Shown: positions 26,467 through 37,310 of the stretch, piece by piece
How positions within the stretch are numbered: position 1 is the stretch's first letter
Layout of the letters: each line of letters begins with the position of its first letter
Position numbers and translations under genes: made by a program
Assembly: GCA_964016885.1 (NCBI GenBank)
Contig: OZ024742.1
Location: 199,330,001-199,394,000, forward strand
Source: Eledone cirrhosa
Lineage: Eukaryota
Direction: 5' to 3'
Length of the DNA stretch: 64,000 nucleotides
The notes under the pieces: model-generated
Told to the model about the DNA's origin: nothing
Databases searched by the model: none
The model's input: the letters and a program-made list of their open reading frames with translations, nothing else

Positions 26467-26871
26467 TGTTATTAAAGAATAATGCTAGTGTTAAAATCGA
26501 AGGAGAATAACGTTTTAGGGTAAATGTGTTAGTGAGAAATACCGATCTTATTTAAAATACAAGGAATTTAGATCTATAACAAGAAATTAAATTAATTTAA
26601 TTGATAGGTATACTTATAGGGATAAATTTATATTAATTCATATAGATGTGATAAATAAGAGTTAGATGTTATTTGATATATATATATATATATATATCAA
26701 ATTACAAAATATGAGGAAATAATACACAAAAATATACTTATTTTTTCTTCAAAGTCCCGACCTGCCGTTTCGCCGATCCGTGTACAATATATTTATACAC
26801 ATTGGTGCAGTCTCGATTACCCAGTCTATATATATAAAACGGTATCAAACACTTCGGTTGCTAGCCCACTT

Positions 26872-26937
<66 letters not shown>

Positions 26938-27302
26938 CATGTATGTATGTATGTATGTATGTATGTATGTATGTATGTATATTTATTTATAAATAAATAA
27001 ATATACATACATACATACATACATACAGGAAGTTTGACACATTTTTTGATATTTTGTTCCTTCAACACCTTGTCCCTTCTACCATTTTATCAATTTTTAA
27101 GCTAACTCCAACAATGACAACACTAATAACTGACCAATGAGAGGAGAAGGGGACCTGTGACACTAAAATTCGTTTGTTTGAATTCATATGACTCCAGTTC
27201 CCCAGTGAATTAACAACCCAACAAGGAACTGGGCATATCAGAGTATTGACAATATCATACACCTAAACAACATATGTACTTGTCTATACCATACTAATTC
27301 AA

Positions 27303-27357
27303 ACTGCCTGAAGAGGTCACAGCCAAAGATGGCTGTCACTGAAATATATATAGCAGT
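27303..27357 (+). ncRNA. Minimal type I hammerhead motif followed by AATAAA
   Basis: actgc-CTGAAGA-ggtc-acagcca-aaga-tggctgt-cact-GAAA-tatata-TA-gcagt. Confidence 0.65.
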
Positions 27358-27423
27358 AATAAACGAAGCTAAATTTTAATCATTTGACTTTTATTTAACT
27401 TTATTTTATATATATATATATAT

Positions 27424-27479
27424 CTGTTAGAACACGAAAAGTGTGAAACACAGAATGTTCACTTTTCGTGTTCTAACAT
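27424..27479. repeat. 19-bp perfect hairpin directly after a TA tract
   Basis: tgttagaacacgaaaagtg ... cacttttcgtgttctaaca. Confidence 0.8.
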
Positions 27480-28601
27480 ATATGCCTAGCTTCTTTAAAC
27501 ATTTTTCGGGGATAGCCGTGGTGGTGATCGTATGTCATTGGCTAATTTTCAACCAATCAGAGTACCTCTCTCTATATCTCTTCCACTGTTACTTACGCCT
27601 GTTTCTCTCTATCTGTTCCGTCTCTATTTATATCTCTTACTCTTTCGCTTTGCACTCCTCCCCTTCAATACCATCTCTCCCCCTTTCTATATATTTGTTA
27701 CTCTATCGCTGCACGCTCCTCTCCTTCAATATATCAATTACACACGCTTTACACTCCTTTATCCCCAGCGCCCCTATATATACACCCCCTCTCCCGCATC
27801 TATATTTTAATGTACCGTTGCACCGTGAATACATGTGTCTATATATATATATACATATATATTGTATATACACATTCATGTATGTGTATACACACTCATG
27901 TATGTATATACACTGGTTTTATGTGTGTATTGTAAATTTGTACTGTTAAAACACGAAACTAACATTCGATTGACACTTTGATTACCTGTACAGGCAATAG
28001 TTATTAGAATGCTGTTGAAGTGTGTATATATTTTTGGGGGACATCCTGTATATACACACATTATATATAATACAATAAACAGATAAATACACACATATAT
28101 ATATGAGCTTATTTAATTATAAATATTGTGAATTTTTAACTCAGTTCAATTATATATATAAATGGCTTCTACAGGACTAGAACTGTTTCATTCGAAAGAA
28201 ATCATCATAATATTGAGAGGGGGGACTAGATAAAATATTTCAAATCAAATGTGTATAAGTTATAAGTTAAAATGTATAAATAGAGACGATAGTGGAGGTA
28301 TATCTGTTTAGTGGAACAGTAGACGATAGAATTAAATACAGACGATAATCTCCCTTTAATGAAACAGCAGTTAAGGCAATTTAAATTTTAAGCATTTGCA
28401 TTTTTGCCTTTCATCGTTACGGGGTCGATAAAATAAAGTACCAGTAATACACTGTCACTAGACGACTTTCAAATTGAATTGTTGGTTCCATTTCTTTAGT
28501 ATTTTCAATTGTAGTTATCTACTTAAAAAGCGTTACACGGTTAGAGACATAATTCGTAAGTTATATCTTCCCTATTAAACCATTGCATTATTTCGCCTAC
28601 A

Positions 28602-28787
28602 GGGCGGTGAATTGGCAGTATCGGTAGAGGGTTGGACGCCATGCTTTCTAGCATAGTTACGTCCCTTTACAGTCTGAGTTCAAATCCCGCCGAGGTTAAC
28701 TTTGCCTTTCATCCTTACGGGGTCGATAAAATAAAGTACCAGTAATGTACTGGGTAATTTGCTGGCCTTGTGCCTAAAGTAGAAACA
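28602..28787 (+). mobile_element. Full-length tRNA-derived SINE (family 1) with 15-bp TSD
   Basis: A-box-like TGGCAGTATCGG, B box GAGTTCAAATCC; TSD attatttcgcctaca at 28587-28601 and 28788-28802. Confidence 0.9.
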
Positions 28788-29011
28788 ATTATTTCGCCTA
28801 CAATAGAACAAAAATGAAATGTTCTTTAAAGAAACAGGAATATAACTTTATAAAAAAAAAAGTTGCATCCGCTTCTTTTATCATTGATAATTTTTTCGTT
28901 TTAATATTAATTGTTTTTTGCAGTTGTTTATATTAAAAATCTTACTGTAATATTTACTTAAACGAAGGCAAACATCTAAACTTATAGATTAATCTTGAGC
29001 GAAGGACTAGA

Positions 29012-29110
<99 letters not shown>

Positions 29111-29489
29111 GAAGAATGATAAAATTTCAAGCAAAGAGTTTAATTAGGTATATTTTGTAATATTATTAACTAATTATTATAATTAACGCGCATATTTTGC
29201 TATCCTCAAACACGTTTACACATGGCATGAAATATAACTAATCCGAGATGGCTAGGTTTCATCTTCTAACTGGATAAACGAAATCCATTATGTCTTGACA
29301 ACAACATGAGGTAACATTATGTTATTCACAGACACACTTTGTACACTGTTCCATATCAGAATGTATTTCCTTCGTCACATTCACAAACAGTATTGAAAAT
29401 ATGTTCTTCGGCAAATAAAAATGTTTTGTTCATAATATTTCAACTAGCGATTGCTCTACTTCACGCACGACCACCATAAATTAATGACC

Positions 29490-29672
29490 AGCTCAACACA
29501 AGTATTGGTAGAGCGTCAGACACCATGCTTTGCAGTATTGTTATGGTCCTTTGCATTCTAAGTTCAAATCCTGCCGAGGTTAACTTCGACTTTCATACTT
29601 ACTAATTCGATAAAATAAAGTACCAGTAATGGACTGCCGTAATGGATTTGTGCCGAAAAATAGAAACACTAT
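29490..29672 (+). mobile_element. Degenerate SINE (family 1)
   Basis: aagttcaaatcctgccgaggttaac...gataaaataaagtaccagtaat...tagaaac. Confidence 0.7.
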
Positions 29673-30221
29673 TAATGTGCAATAAGAGCAAAATATAACG
29701 ACATTGCTCAATTATTTTATCTAATGTTGTAATAACACAAGGAAATGTTGTTTGTGTATTTTTTTTTATATTTGCTCATAGGCTTTTACAATTTCGCTCA
29801 GCCAACAACTATTAAAAAGTGAGTTGCTTAAGATAACAATTTAATCACAAATTGTTGCTATCTTTTAATACACTCCAACAAGTCATCAAATTATGTACAA
29901 TAAAAACAAATCTTATTAATTTGCTCAGGGAATATAAAGAAAATGTATATACACTGATAATTGCAAATGTATGTAAATATTTTGTTTTTGTATTGTATAT
30001 TTTATGTTTTCTATTATGTATAATATATTGATTTAATATTGATTGTTTTTTGTAGTTGTTTATATTAAAAGTCTGAAAATATTTTTATACATCTTACACT
30101 AATATTTATAAGATAATTTATAATAACAATTACATAATCTAATTACATTACAACGATAATTTATTATTAATATATATCCTGTTTAACTAGAGTTATTACA
30201 AGCGTTGCCTTAAAAAAATAT

Positions 30222-31184
30222 TAAACTAGACATGAAAAATGCGCAAGCTCAAAAGTGCCACAGAATGTTATAATAAACCTTCAAAAGTGTGGGACTAGAG
30301 TTGTTGCTAAAAAATATTGTAATCATTATATATCGTACATTCTGTGGCATCCTTTATAAAAATAGCTTAAACCAACGAAGCCTTTATTTTTACGCTATTT
30401 CACTTAGTTAATTCTTAGAGTGTAACATATAAAAATAAATACATCTATGTTTAATGTAATAACAGCTATAAATAATTACGTAATATTATTATCATATACT
30501 CATAGTAACAAAATAATTGTGTTGAAACTTAATATGATGCTTATATGAACGATCAAATCTATAATGATAATTTCTTAAATATACTAATAGTAAAATAATT
30601 TAGTTATCTATTGTTACATTTTCATAGAACTATAATATTAACAATCGTATTGCATTATCAAATTTTTATCACTACAAACTTTCATATTGGAATTACCTTA
30701 AGCCACTTATTATTACTTCGCTTTCGTACTTTTACAGCTGTAGATATTGCGCTGTATCTTATATCTAATATCAATATCTCGTGGTAATTTGCATGAAGTG
30801 TAAAATAGGTTTATTAATAACTTTAATATGAAATGTATTATACAGGGCTGCGGAGTCGGTCAAAAATTGACTGGCTCCAACTCAGGATCCGATACTCCAT
30901 TATTTCCTAAATTTCAGCTCCGCAGCTCTGTTATTATATTAATTAATTTATTTTATAGTTGTAAATCATATTTTTATATGTTACACTCTAAGAATTAACT
31001 AAGTGAAATAGCGTAAAAATAAAGGCTTCGTTGGTTTAAGCTATTTTTATAAAGGATGCCACAGAATGTACGATATATAATGATTACAATATTTTTTAGC
31101 AACAACTCTAGTCCCACACTTTTGAAGGTTTATTATAACATTCTGTGGCACTTTTGAGCTTGCGCATTTTTCATGTCTAGTTTA
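30222..31184. repeat. Apparently perfect 216-bp inverted duplication (30222-30437 / 30969-31184)
   Basis: The arms read as exact reverse complements by eye. Confidence 0.88.
30843..30930. mobile_element. Tiny hAT-like MITE remnant
   Basis: TIRs cagggctgcggag / ctccgcagctctg. Confidence 0.55.
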
Positions 31185-31307
31185 TATATATATATATATC
31201 AAATAACATCTAACTCTTATTTATCACATCTATATGAATTAATATAAATTTATCCCTATAAGTATACCTATCAATTAATTTAATTTCTTGTTATAGATCT
31301 AAATTCT

Positions 31308-31338
<31 letters not shown>

Positions 31339-31358
31339 TAAATAAATAAATAAATAAA

Positions 31359-31641
31359 GATGGCGTAGGCATACAATGTAACGGGAGGAAACATAATAGC
31401 ACCACTGACGATGTTGCAGATGTGCAACGAAAGAACTTTGTTAGACTATATATATGTGTTTGTGTATATTGTATCTGTATTTTTGACCGTTGGTCAGTCA
31501 ATGGTAACATTGAGGATCGAATAAATTAAATTAACCGATATAAAAAACACAGAAGCGAAAACCAACCAAACAGTGAGTGTGTTCTGTTATTAATTCTGGC
31601 AATATTATTACACAAATATGACCCTCCCCAAATATAACAAT
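31359..31641 (+). mobile_element. Solo pseudo-LTR of a family related to PLE1, with HHR at 31402-31441
   Basis: ca-CTGACGA-t-gttgca-gatg-tgcaac-GAAA-gaac-TT-tg; terminus atgaccctcccaaa.tataacaata shared with 5661-5685. Confidence 0.65.
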
Positions 31642-32677
31642 ATATATATATATATATATACACGCGCTCACACTAAACACACACCCTACTACCACCACTA
31701 ACCCTCACCCCCACACATCCACCCCACCACCCCGCAACTAACATCATTAACACCCCCGACCCCAAGCACACGAACACACACACCCACTTACACCACCCAC
31801 TCTGCATGCAACTAACATCACTAACACCCCCTAACCCTACGCACACGAACACACACCCTCTTACACCACCCACTCTACACACCCTACCACCACTGACCCC
31901 CACTCACACCTGCATTCAACCCTTTCCCCACCTCCAGTATACTAACACCCACTAACACCCCCTTCACCACACACACACTCATCCAAACACGCACACACAC
32001 ACCAGTACACTACACTCCCTCCACCGGCCCCACACCCTTCTCTCCCCGCTCCACCCACACCCTTTCTCACACACACACACATCCCACTAACACCTCTACT
32101 AATACACACACACACACCCTCCTCACTCCAACTTTCGCACCTACCCATCCTCTCCCCTGTCCACCGCACCTCCGCATACACTGACACACCAACTTTCTTC
32201 ACTTACCATTCTACCCGACTGCTGCTATGCCCTTATCTCTGACCACCTCCCCGCACACACAGACACACAACCCTCCTCCTGCCTTGACCCTCTGACCACT
32301 TCCTGTTGCGCGCGTACCCCACATCTCCCCTCTTCCGACCAATCTCTTCACGGATTACACATATGTGAACATCGATCCCTAGAATCCCCCACATCCCAAG
32401 GAATTACTCACCATTCCACCACATCGTCTACGGAACTACCTTAAGGACTCACCCACTGACATACACTCAAAAAATGTTTTTCCCCACACGCCACCTACAT
32501 CCACAACACGCATAAACACCACATACACACGTGCGTACCACCACATATTTACACACTCAGCCTCCAGAATCCTCTCCCCCCACCCCTCTATCCACACACG
32601 CACACACACTCCGACATACACCCCACCCACACACACCTCTTCCTGAACATGCAACCCCGTTCTTCCCCCAACTCTTA

Positions 32678-32743
<66 letters not shown>

Positions 32744-32980
32744 ACCTTCAGCCCTCCCCGCTCGGACACCCCGCCTCCCTCTCCCCACTCCACCCGCCAC
32801 CACCCCAACACGCCCCACACCCTTCCACCACCTGTTTTACTTCATGTGTATTTTTATTTTTATTTTTATCATGCTTTTATATTTAATTTCATTTGTAACG
32901 TTTCCTCTCACCCCCTTTTTTCTATATGTCTCTCCACCACTCCCCTACACACCCTTAGAACTCTCTTCCCACACACTTTT

Positions 32981-33014
32981 CACCCGAAGAAGGGCTTATG
33001 CCCGAAACGTCGTT
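32981..33014 (+). ncRNA. Minimal hammerhead variant (CCGAAGA core) at the 3' end of a C/A-rich element
   Basis: ac-CCGAAGA-a-gggc-ttat-gccc-GAAA-cg-TC-gt, with AATAAA ~35 nt downstream. Confidence 0.5.
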
Positions 33015-33099
33015 CCCCACCACCCCCCCACTCTCAAGAGCGTGAAACTAATAAACCTTTGTTCGTACTGCCTCTCTGTTTTGTTCCCGTTCAATTTTT

Positions 33100-33146
<47 letters not shown>

Positions 33147-33148
<2 letters not shown>

Positions 33149-33338
33149 AACAAGTAAAACCCCGACGGCTGAGCTCAAGCCGTTTCGACAGCTAATTCTG
33201 AGTCCAGAATTAGCCGTCGAAACGGCTTGAGCTCAGCCGTCGGGGTCTTACTTGTTCCTATTACCCACTCTACTACCCTAAGTATTGAGTACTTTGGTGC
33301 GTTATGGTCCACCTGGTTCCTTACCACATTTCCTTCGT

Positions 33339-33340
<2 letters not shown>
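33147..33340. repeat. ~113-bp foldback centred on a hammerhead stem-II hairpin, plus downstream tail
   Basis: ggaacaagtaaaaccccgacggctgagctcaagccgtttcgacagctaattctg-agtc-cagaattagccgtcgaaacggcttgagctcagccgtcggggtcttacttgttcc. Confidence 0.8.
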
Positions 33341-33401
<61 letters not shown>

Positions 33402-33408
33402 GTATATG

Positions 33409-33461
<53 letters not shown>

Positions 33462-33464
33462 GTG

Positions 33465-33545
<81 letters not shown>

Positions 33546-33548
33546 GTG

Positions 33549-33597
<49 letters not shown>

Positions 33598-33750
33598 AGG
33601 GAGTGTAACGCGGAGTTACTGTAGGTTCACCCGGATGAGCACTCGATGATGTTTAGGTTCACTTCAGTGTCGAAGTGTAGAGCTAGACAGAGTGTAGTAT
33701 AATAAAATAAAACAAGGACGAGTGGTTACTCTTCATTACGTTTATTGGTT

Positions 33751-33834
33751 GGTGACGCGCGTTTCGGCACCGACCAGCTCAAAGTTCGATCTGTATCGAT
33801 CTAGCCCGACTCTGTAATCAACGGCTCGTCGGAC

Positions 33835-33835
<1 letters not shown>
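33751..33835 (-). ncRNA. Hammerhead variant (CCGACGA core, long stem II, palindromic stem III)
   Basis: ggt-CCGACGA-gccgttgatt...ggtcggtgcc-GAAA-cgcgcg-TC-acc-aacc-AATAAA. Confidence 0.55.
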
Positions 33836-33863
<28 letters not shown>

Positions 33864-33873
<10 letters not shown>

Positions 33874-34175
33874 TATAAATATTAATAAAATAGATGTTCT
33901 TTTGATCAATTACATTTTATTATACCTATTTCGAATGTACAACAGTACGTCCTCATCAGACAAAATATAATGATACATGACATACCCTATTAAATGGTTA
34001 AGATTTAATCAAGATACTACCTTGATTAAATCTTAACCATTTAACATCTCAGGGTATGTCATGTATCATTATATTTTGTCTGATGAGGACGTACTGTTGT
34101 ACATCCGAAATATGTATAATAAAATGTAATTGATCAAAAGAACATCTATTTTATTAATATTTATATTTTAATATT
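33864..34175. repeat. ~150-bp-arm palindrome with 7-nt loop; each arm carries a hammerhead (33908-33970 minus, 34068-34130 plus)
   Basis: Centre ttaatcaag-atactac-cttgattaa; flanked by (TA)n. Confidence 0.85.
34068..34130 (+). ncRNA. Canonical-core minimal type I hammerhead
   Basis: attatattttgt-CTGATGA-ggacgtac-tgtt-gtacatcc-GAAA-tatgta-TA-ataaaatgtaat. Confidence 0.75.
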
Positions 34176-34262
34176 AATAACTCCAGAAAATTATTTTTCG
34201 TTGAGTGCTTCCAATCTACTGTAAAACTCATTCTTTGACATAATCATTGAATATTGTTTAAC

Positions 34263-34356
<94 letters not shown>

Positions 34357-34859
34357 GTCGACCCTGTGTGTAAGTCCTGTTATTATGTATCTGGTTTTGA
34401 ATCTGCGTTATTTTCCATCAATCCCAAGGTACCGATTATTATTATTATAATGATTATTTGTGCTGCCAGTCTTCGCATTATTTTTGGCTAAACGTTATTG
34501 TTGTTGTTGTTGTTGTCGCTGCAGCCGTTGTTGTCGTTGTTTTTGTTATTGTCGTTGTCGTGTCTACCGTTTTTGTTATTATTATTATTTTTGTTATAGC
34601 TGTTGTTATTGTTGTTCTGGTCATTAACATTGTCTTATGTGTAATATCTATCTATATAAACAAGTTCTCATCAAATATTTTCGAATGGGGGGGGGGGGGG
34701 GGGAAGCGACATATAAGTACTAAACATTTACTGATTAAATATCGATTAAATTTAATAGTGGGGAGCGAGAGGCGTTATTTAATTCTCAAATATATTTATT
34801 GTATTACAAAATTATCGCCTACTATAATGGCTTCTCAGCACAAAAGAGTGACGAACGCT

Positions 34860-35468
34860 GACAAACACAAACATACACACATACACATACACATATAGAC
34901 ATATAGACACAAGCACACAGACAAATACACATATAGACGCAAACACACACACACATATAGACGCAAACACAAACACACAGACAAATACACATATAGACAC
35001 AAACACACACACACACACACACACACAGATATAGACACAAACACAAACACAAACACAGACAAATACACATATAGACACAAACAAACACAAACAGACACAT
35101 ATAGAAAAACACACACACAATGACAAACTAACAAACATAAACACATACAAATACCTATATAGACACAAAATCATACACAAAAACAAACACACACAGTACT
35201 AATATAGAGACGGACACAAACACAAATGCAGACACATACAAAAACAATGAGTGAGACACAAACACATACTGAGACACAGACACACAGATATATACACATA
35301 GATACATAAGCATACACCCAAACCTACATAGACACTTGGGTACACACACACATACATACAGTCATAGACACACACGTAGCCACTACACAGATACTCGGAT
35401 ATAATCACGTACAAAGACATACACAGACAAACAGACACGCAAACACACAAAACAACAACAACACACGT
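34860..35468. repeat. Degenerate CA-rich low-complexity tract
   Basis: acacaaacacag/acacatatag units. Confidence 0.85.
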
Positions 35469-35569
35469 ACTGAGAATTGAATTTTACCCCTGGCCTAATA
35501 TTTCAGCGGGAGTCACTGTTTTCTTTATAGTAGCAAAAAAAAAAAAAAAAGAAAATTATTATTTTCACA

Positions 35570-35689
35570 TAATTGTTTCTACTTTTTGGCACAAGGCCAG
35601 CAAGTACCCAGTGATTACTGGTACTTCATTTTATCGACTCCGCAAGTATGAAAAGAAAATTTAACCTCGGCGGGATTTGAACTCAGAAT
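35570..35689 (-). mobile_element. Truncated SINE (family 1) between the first tRNA-Met-like gene and its T-run
   Basis: aattgtttctacttt..ggcacaaggccagca...ttaacctcggcgggatttgaactcagaa. Confidence 0.8.
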
Positions 35690-35695
35690 GGTATG

Positions 35696-35789
35696 TGCTC
35701 TAGGTGAGGATTGAACTCACGACCTTCAGATTCCTCTGATTTCAAAACAGATTATGAGACTGACGTACTGCCTACTGCTATACCAATGC
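35696..35789 (-). pseudogene. tRNA-Met(CAT)-like gene with 21-nt intron, copy 1 (B box intact)
   Basis: GCATTGGTATAGCAGTAGGCAGTACGTCAGTCTCATA[21 nt]ATCTGAAGGTCGTGAGTTCAATCCTCACCTAGAGCA; elongator Met body with mismatched acceptor and D stems. Confidence 0.8.
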
Positions 35790-35812
35790 AACTGAAATAA
35801 AATAAAATAGAA

Positions 35813-35884
35813 AGGGGACACCCGGGATTGAACCAGGGACCTCTCGATCTGCAGTCAAATGCTCTACCACTGAGCTATATCCCC
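35813..35884 (-). tRNA. tRNA-Cys(GCA) copy 1
   Basis: GGGGATATAGCTCAGTGGTAGAGCATTTGACTGCAGATCGAGAGGTCCCTGGTTCAATCCCGGGTGTCCCCT; full cloverleaf, T4 runs downstream. Confidence 0.93.
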
Positions 35885-35970
35885 AGGTGAATAAAATATT
35901 GTGGAACTTTTCGCTATATCTCATTCAAACGCCAACTCTCTTAAACAGCTACTGACACACACACACACCA

Positions 35971-37063
35971 CACTGTCGTCCAGTCAGTCTTACTTGCTGC
36001 ATTGCCAAACTGACGGAATTCTGTGTTATAGAAACACACTGGAAATTCTGCAATTCTCACAGCCATATACGTCTCTTGCAATTTGGATTTAACTCCAGCT
36101 GCTGTGATCAACTCATCGAGTTTCTTGAAGGCATCACCCGGATCACTGATGGCGGCTCATGAGTGGATGGTGTTTTCCTTGAATTTGCTAAAGCTTTTAA
36201 TTCTGTTCCACACAAAACACTTATGGTAAAACTCTCTGCAAAGGGGGTGAAGAGATGATCTTTTTAACTGGTTGAAGTTCTTCATTCTCAGTTAAAAAGA
36301 GGTAGTCGCGTTGCTAGGACAGCATGCTTCGCCCTATGAGATGTCATCTGGTGTACAGCAGGGATTTGTTGTGGGTCGCATTTGGTTTGTTGTATATAAT
36401 AATGACATAGATGTCAACTTAAAGAATACTACAATGATGAAATACGCAAGTGACATCAAGCTGTATCTTGAGATAAAAAGGACAGATCCTGAACACTATA
36501 GCTCTTTCCTGGAATCAAATCTGGACACAAAGCAGAAATGGATCACGGACAGGCAACTCAAGCTGGCTGTGGACATGTATACAACCATACATCTCAAGAG
36601 AAAAACACCCAGCGTCCGCATACTCCCCCCACAACACTAATATCAAGAAATGTTCTTGTGAACGTGACCTGGGCATTACTATTAGCAGCAATTTGCGTTG
36701 GACAAAGCACACCTCTAAAATTGTCAAGAAGGCCGAGGGTGTCTTGGCTGGCGTCACTCAGTAAGACCTTTGTCAGTCGCTCTCCAGCTATTTATTTAAA
36801 GCTGTATATAGCTATGATGCGGCCACACTTAGAATTTGCAACTCCAGTCTGGAACCCCTATCCTGCTCAGAAAATTGACATCCTGGAAACTGTTCTAAGA
36901 CGTGCAATCAAGCGAATACCCTCCATCAGGCATCTACCATACTCTGAACGCTTGGTTCCCTGGGCATGTCAACTGACTTGATAAACACCCACAAAATTAT
37001 TAACCATCTTTCCAACATCAACCTGGAGCACCTTTTTGAATTCCATGTGTCTAACACACGTGG
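35971..37063 (+). pseudogene. CR1-clade LINE reverse transcriptase fragment (first of 20 complete repeats in the array)
   Basis: Array consensus RPVSLTCCIAKL, QFGF, VFLDFAKAFNSVPH, SGVQQ.SVVGP.WFVVYIND, KYADDIKL, ERDLG, RPHLEFATPVWNP, ...NTRG; with stops and frameshifts, truncated at both ends. Confidence 0.9.
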
Positions 37064-37121
37064 TAGCCAAAAAAAAAAAAAAAATTATTTTGGATTAATG
37101 AAAATTATTGTGTAAAGTACG

Positions 37122-37215
37122 TGCTCTAGGTGAGGATTGAAATCACGACCTTCAGATTTCTCTGATTTCAGATTGTATTATGAGACTGACGTACTGCCTA
37201 CTGCAATACCAATGC
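37122..37215 (-). pseudogene. tRNA-Met-like, intron, copy 2
   Basis: As copy 1 but B box GATTTCAATCC. Confidence 0.75.
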
Positions 37216-37238
37216 AACTGAAATAAAATAAAATAGAA

Positions 37239-37310
37239 AGGGGACACCCGGGATTGAACCAGGGACCTCTCGATCTGCAGTCGAATGCTCTACCACTGAG
37301 CTATATCCCC
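37239..37310 (-). tRNA. tRNA-Cys(GCA) copy 2
   Basis: Array consensus sequence. Confidence 0.95.

Larger units (their letters stand above)
22012..26676 (-). mobile_element. Second Penelope-like element with direct pseudo-LTRs (22012-~22655 and 25720-26673), inserted in (TA)n
   Basis: Direct repeat of the 3' UTR upstream of the ORF; RT and GIY-YIG pieces; TA repeats on both sides. Confidence 0.9.

Noticed and set aside
26753-26790. Half hammerhead (GAAA-cggcagg-TC) on the minus strand; a similar partial motif at 28164-28210
   Set aside because: No intact CUGANGA half with a matching stem I, so not counted.
28602-28787. tRNA gene suggested by the B box
   Set aside because: No cloverleaf; multicopy with TSD, hence a SINE.
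31662-32200. Telomeric repeat array
   Set aside because: Only isolated ctaacc/cctaacc-like words, with no regular (TTAGGG)n periodicity.
35696-37063. Unit as a giant SINE (tRNA head + LINE tail) or as repeated tRNA-targeted LINE insertions
   Set aside because: The tRNAs and LINE are on opposite strands, the LINE 3' UTR is missing, and all units share the same breakpoints and lesions.
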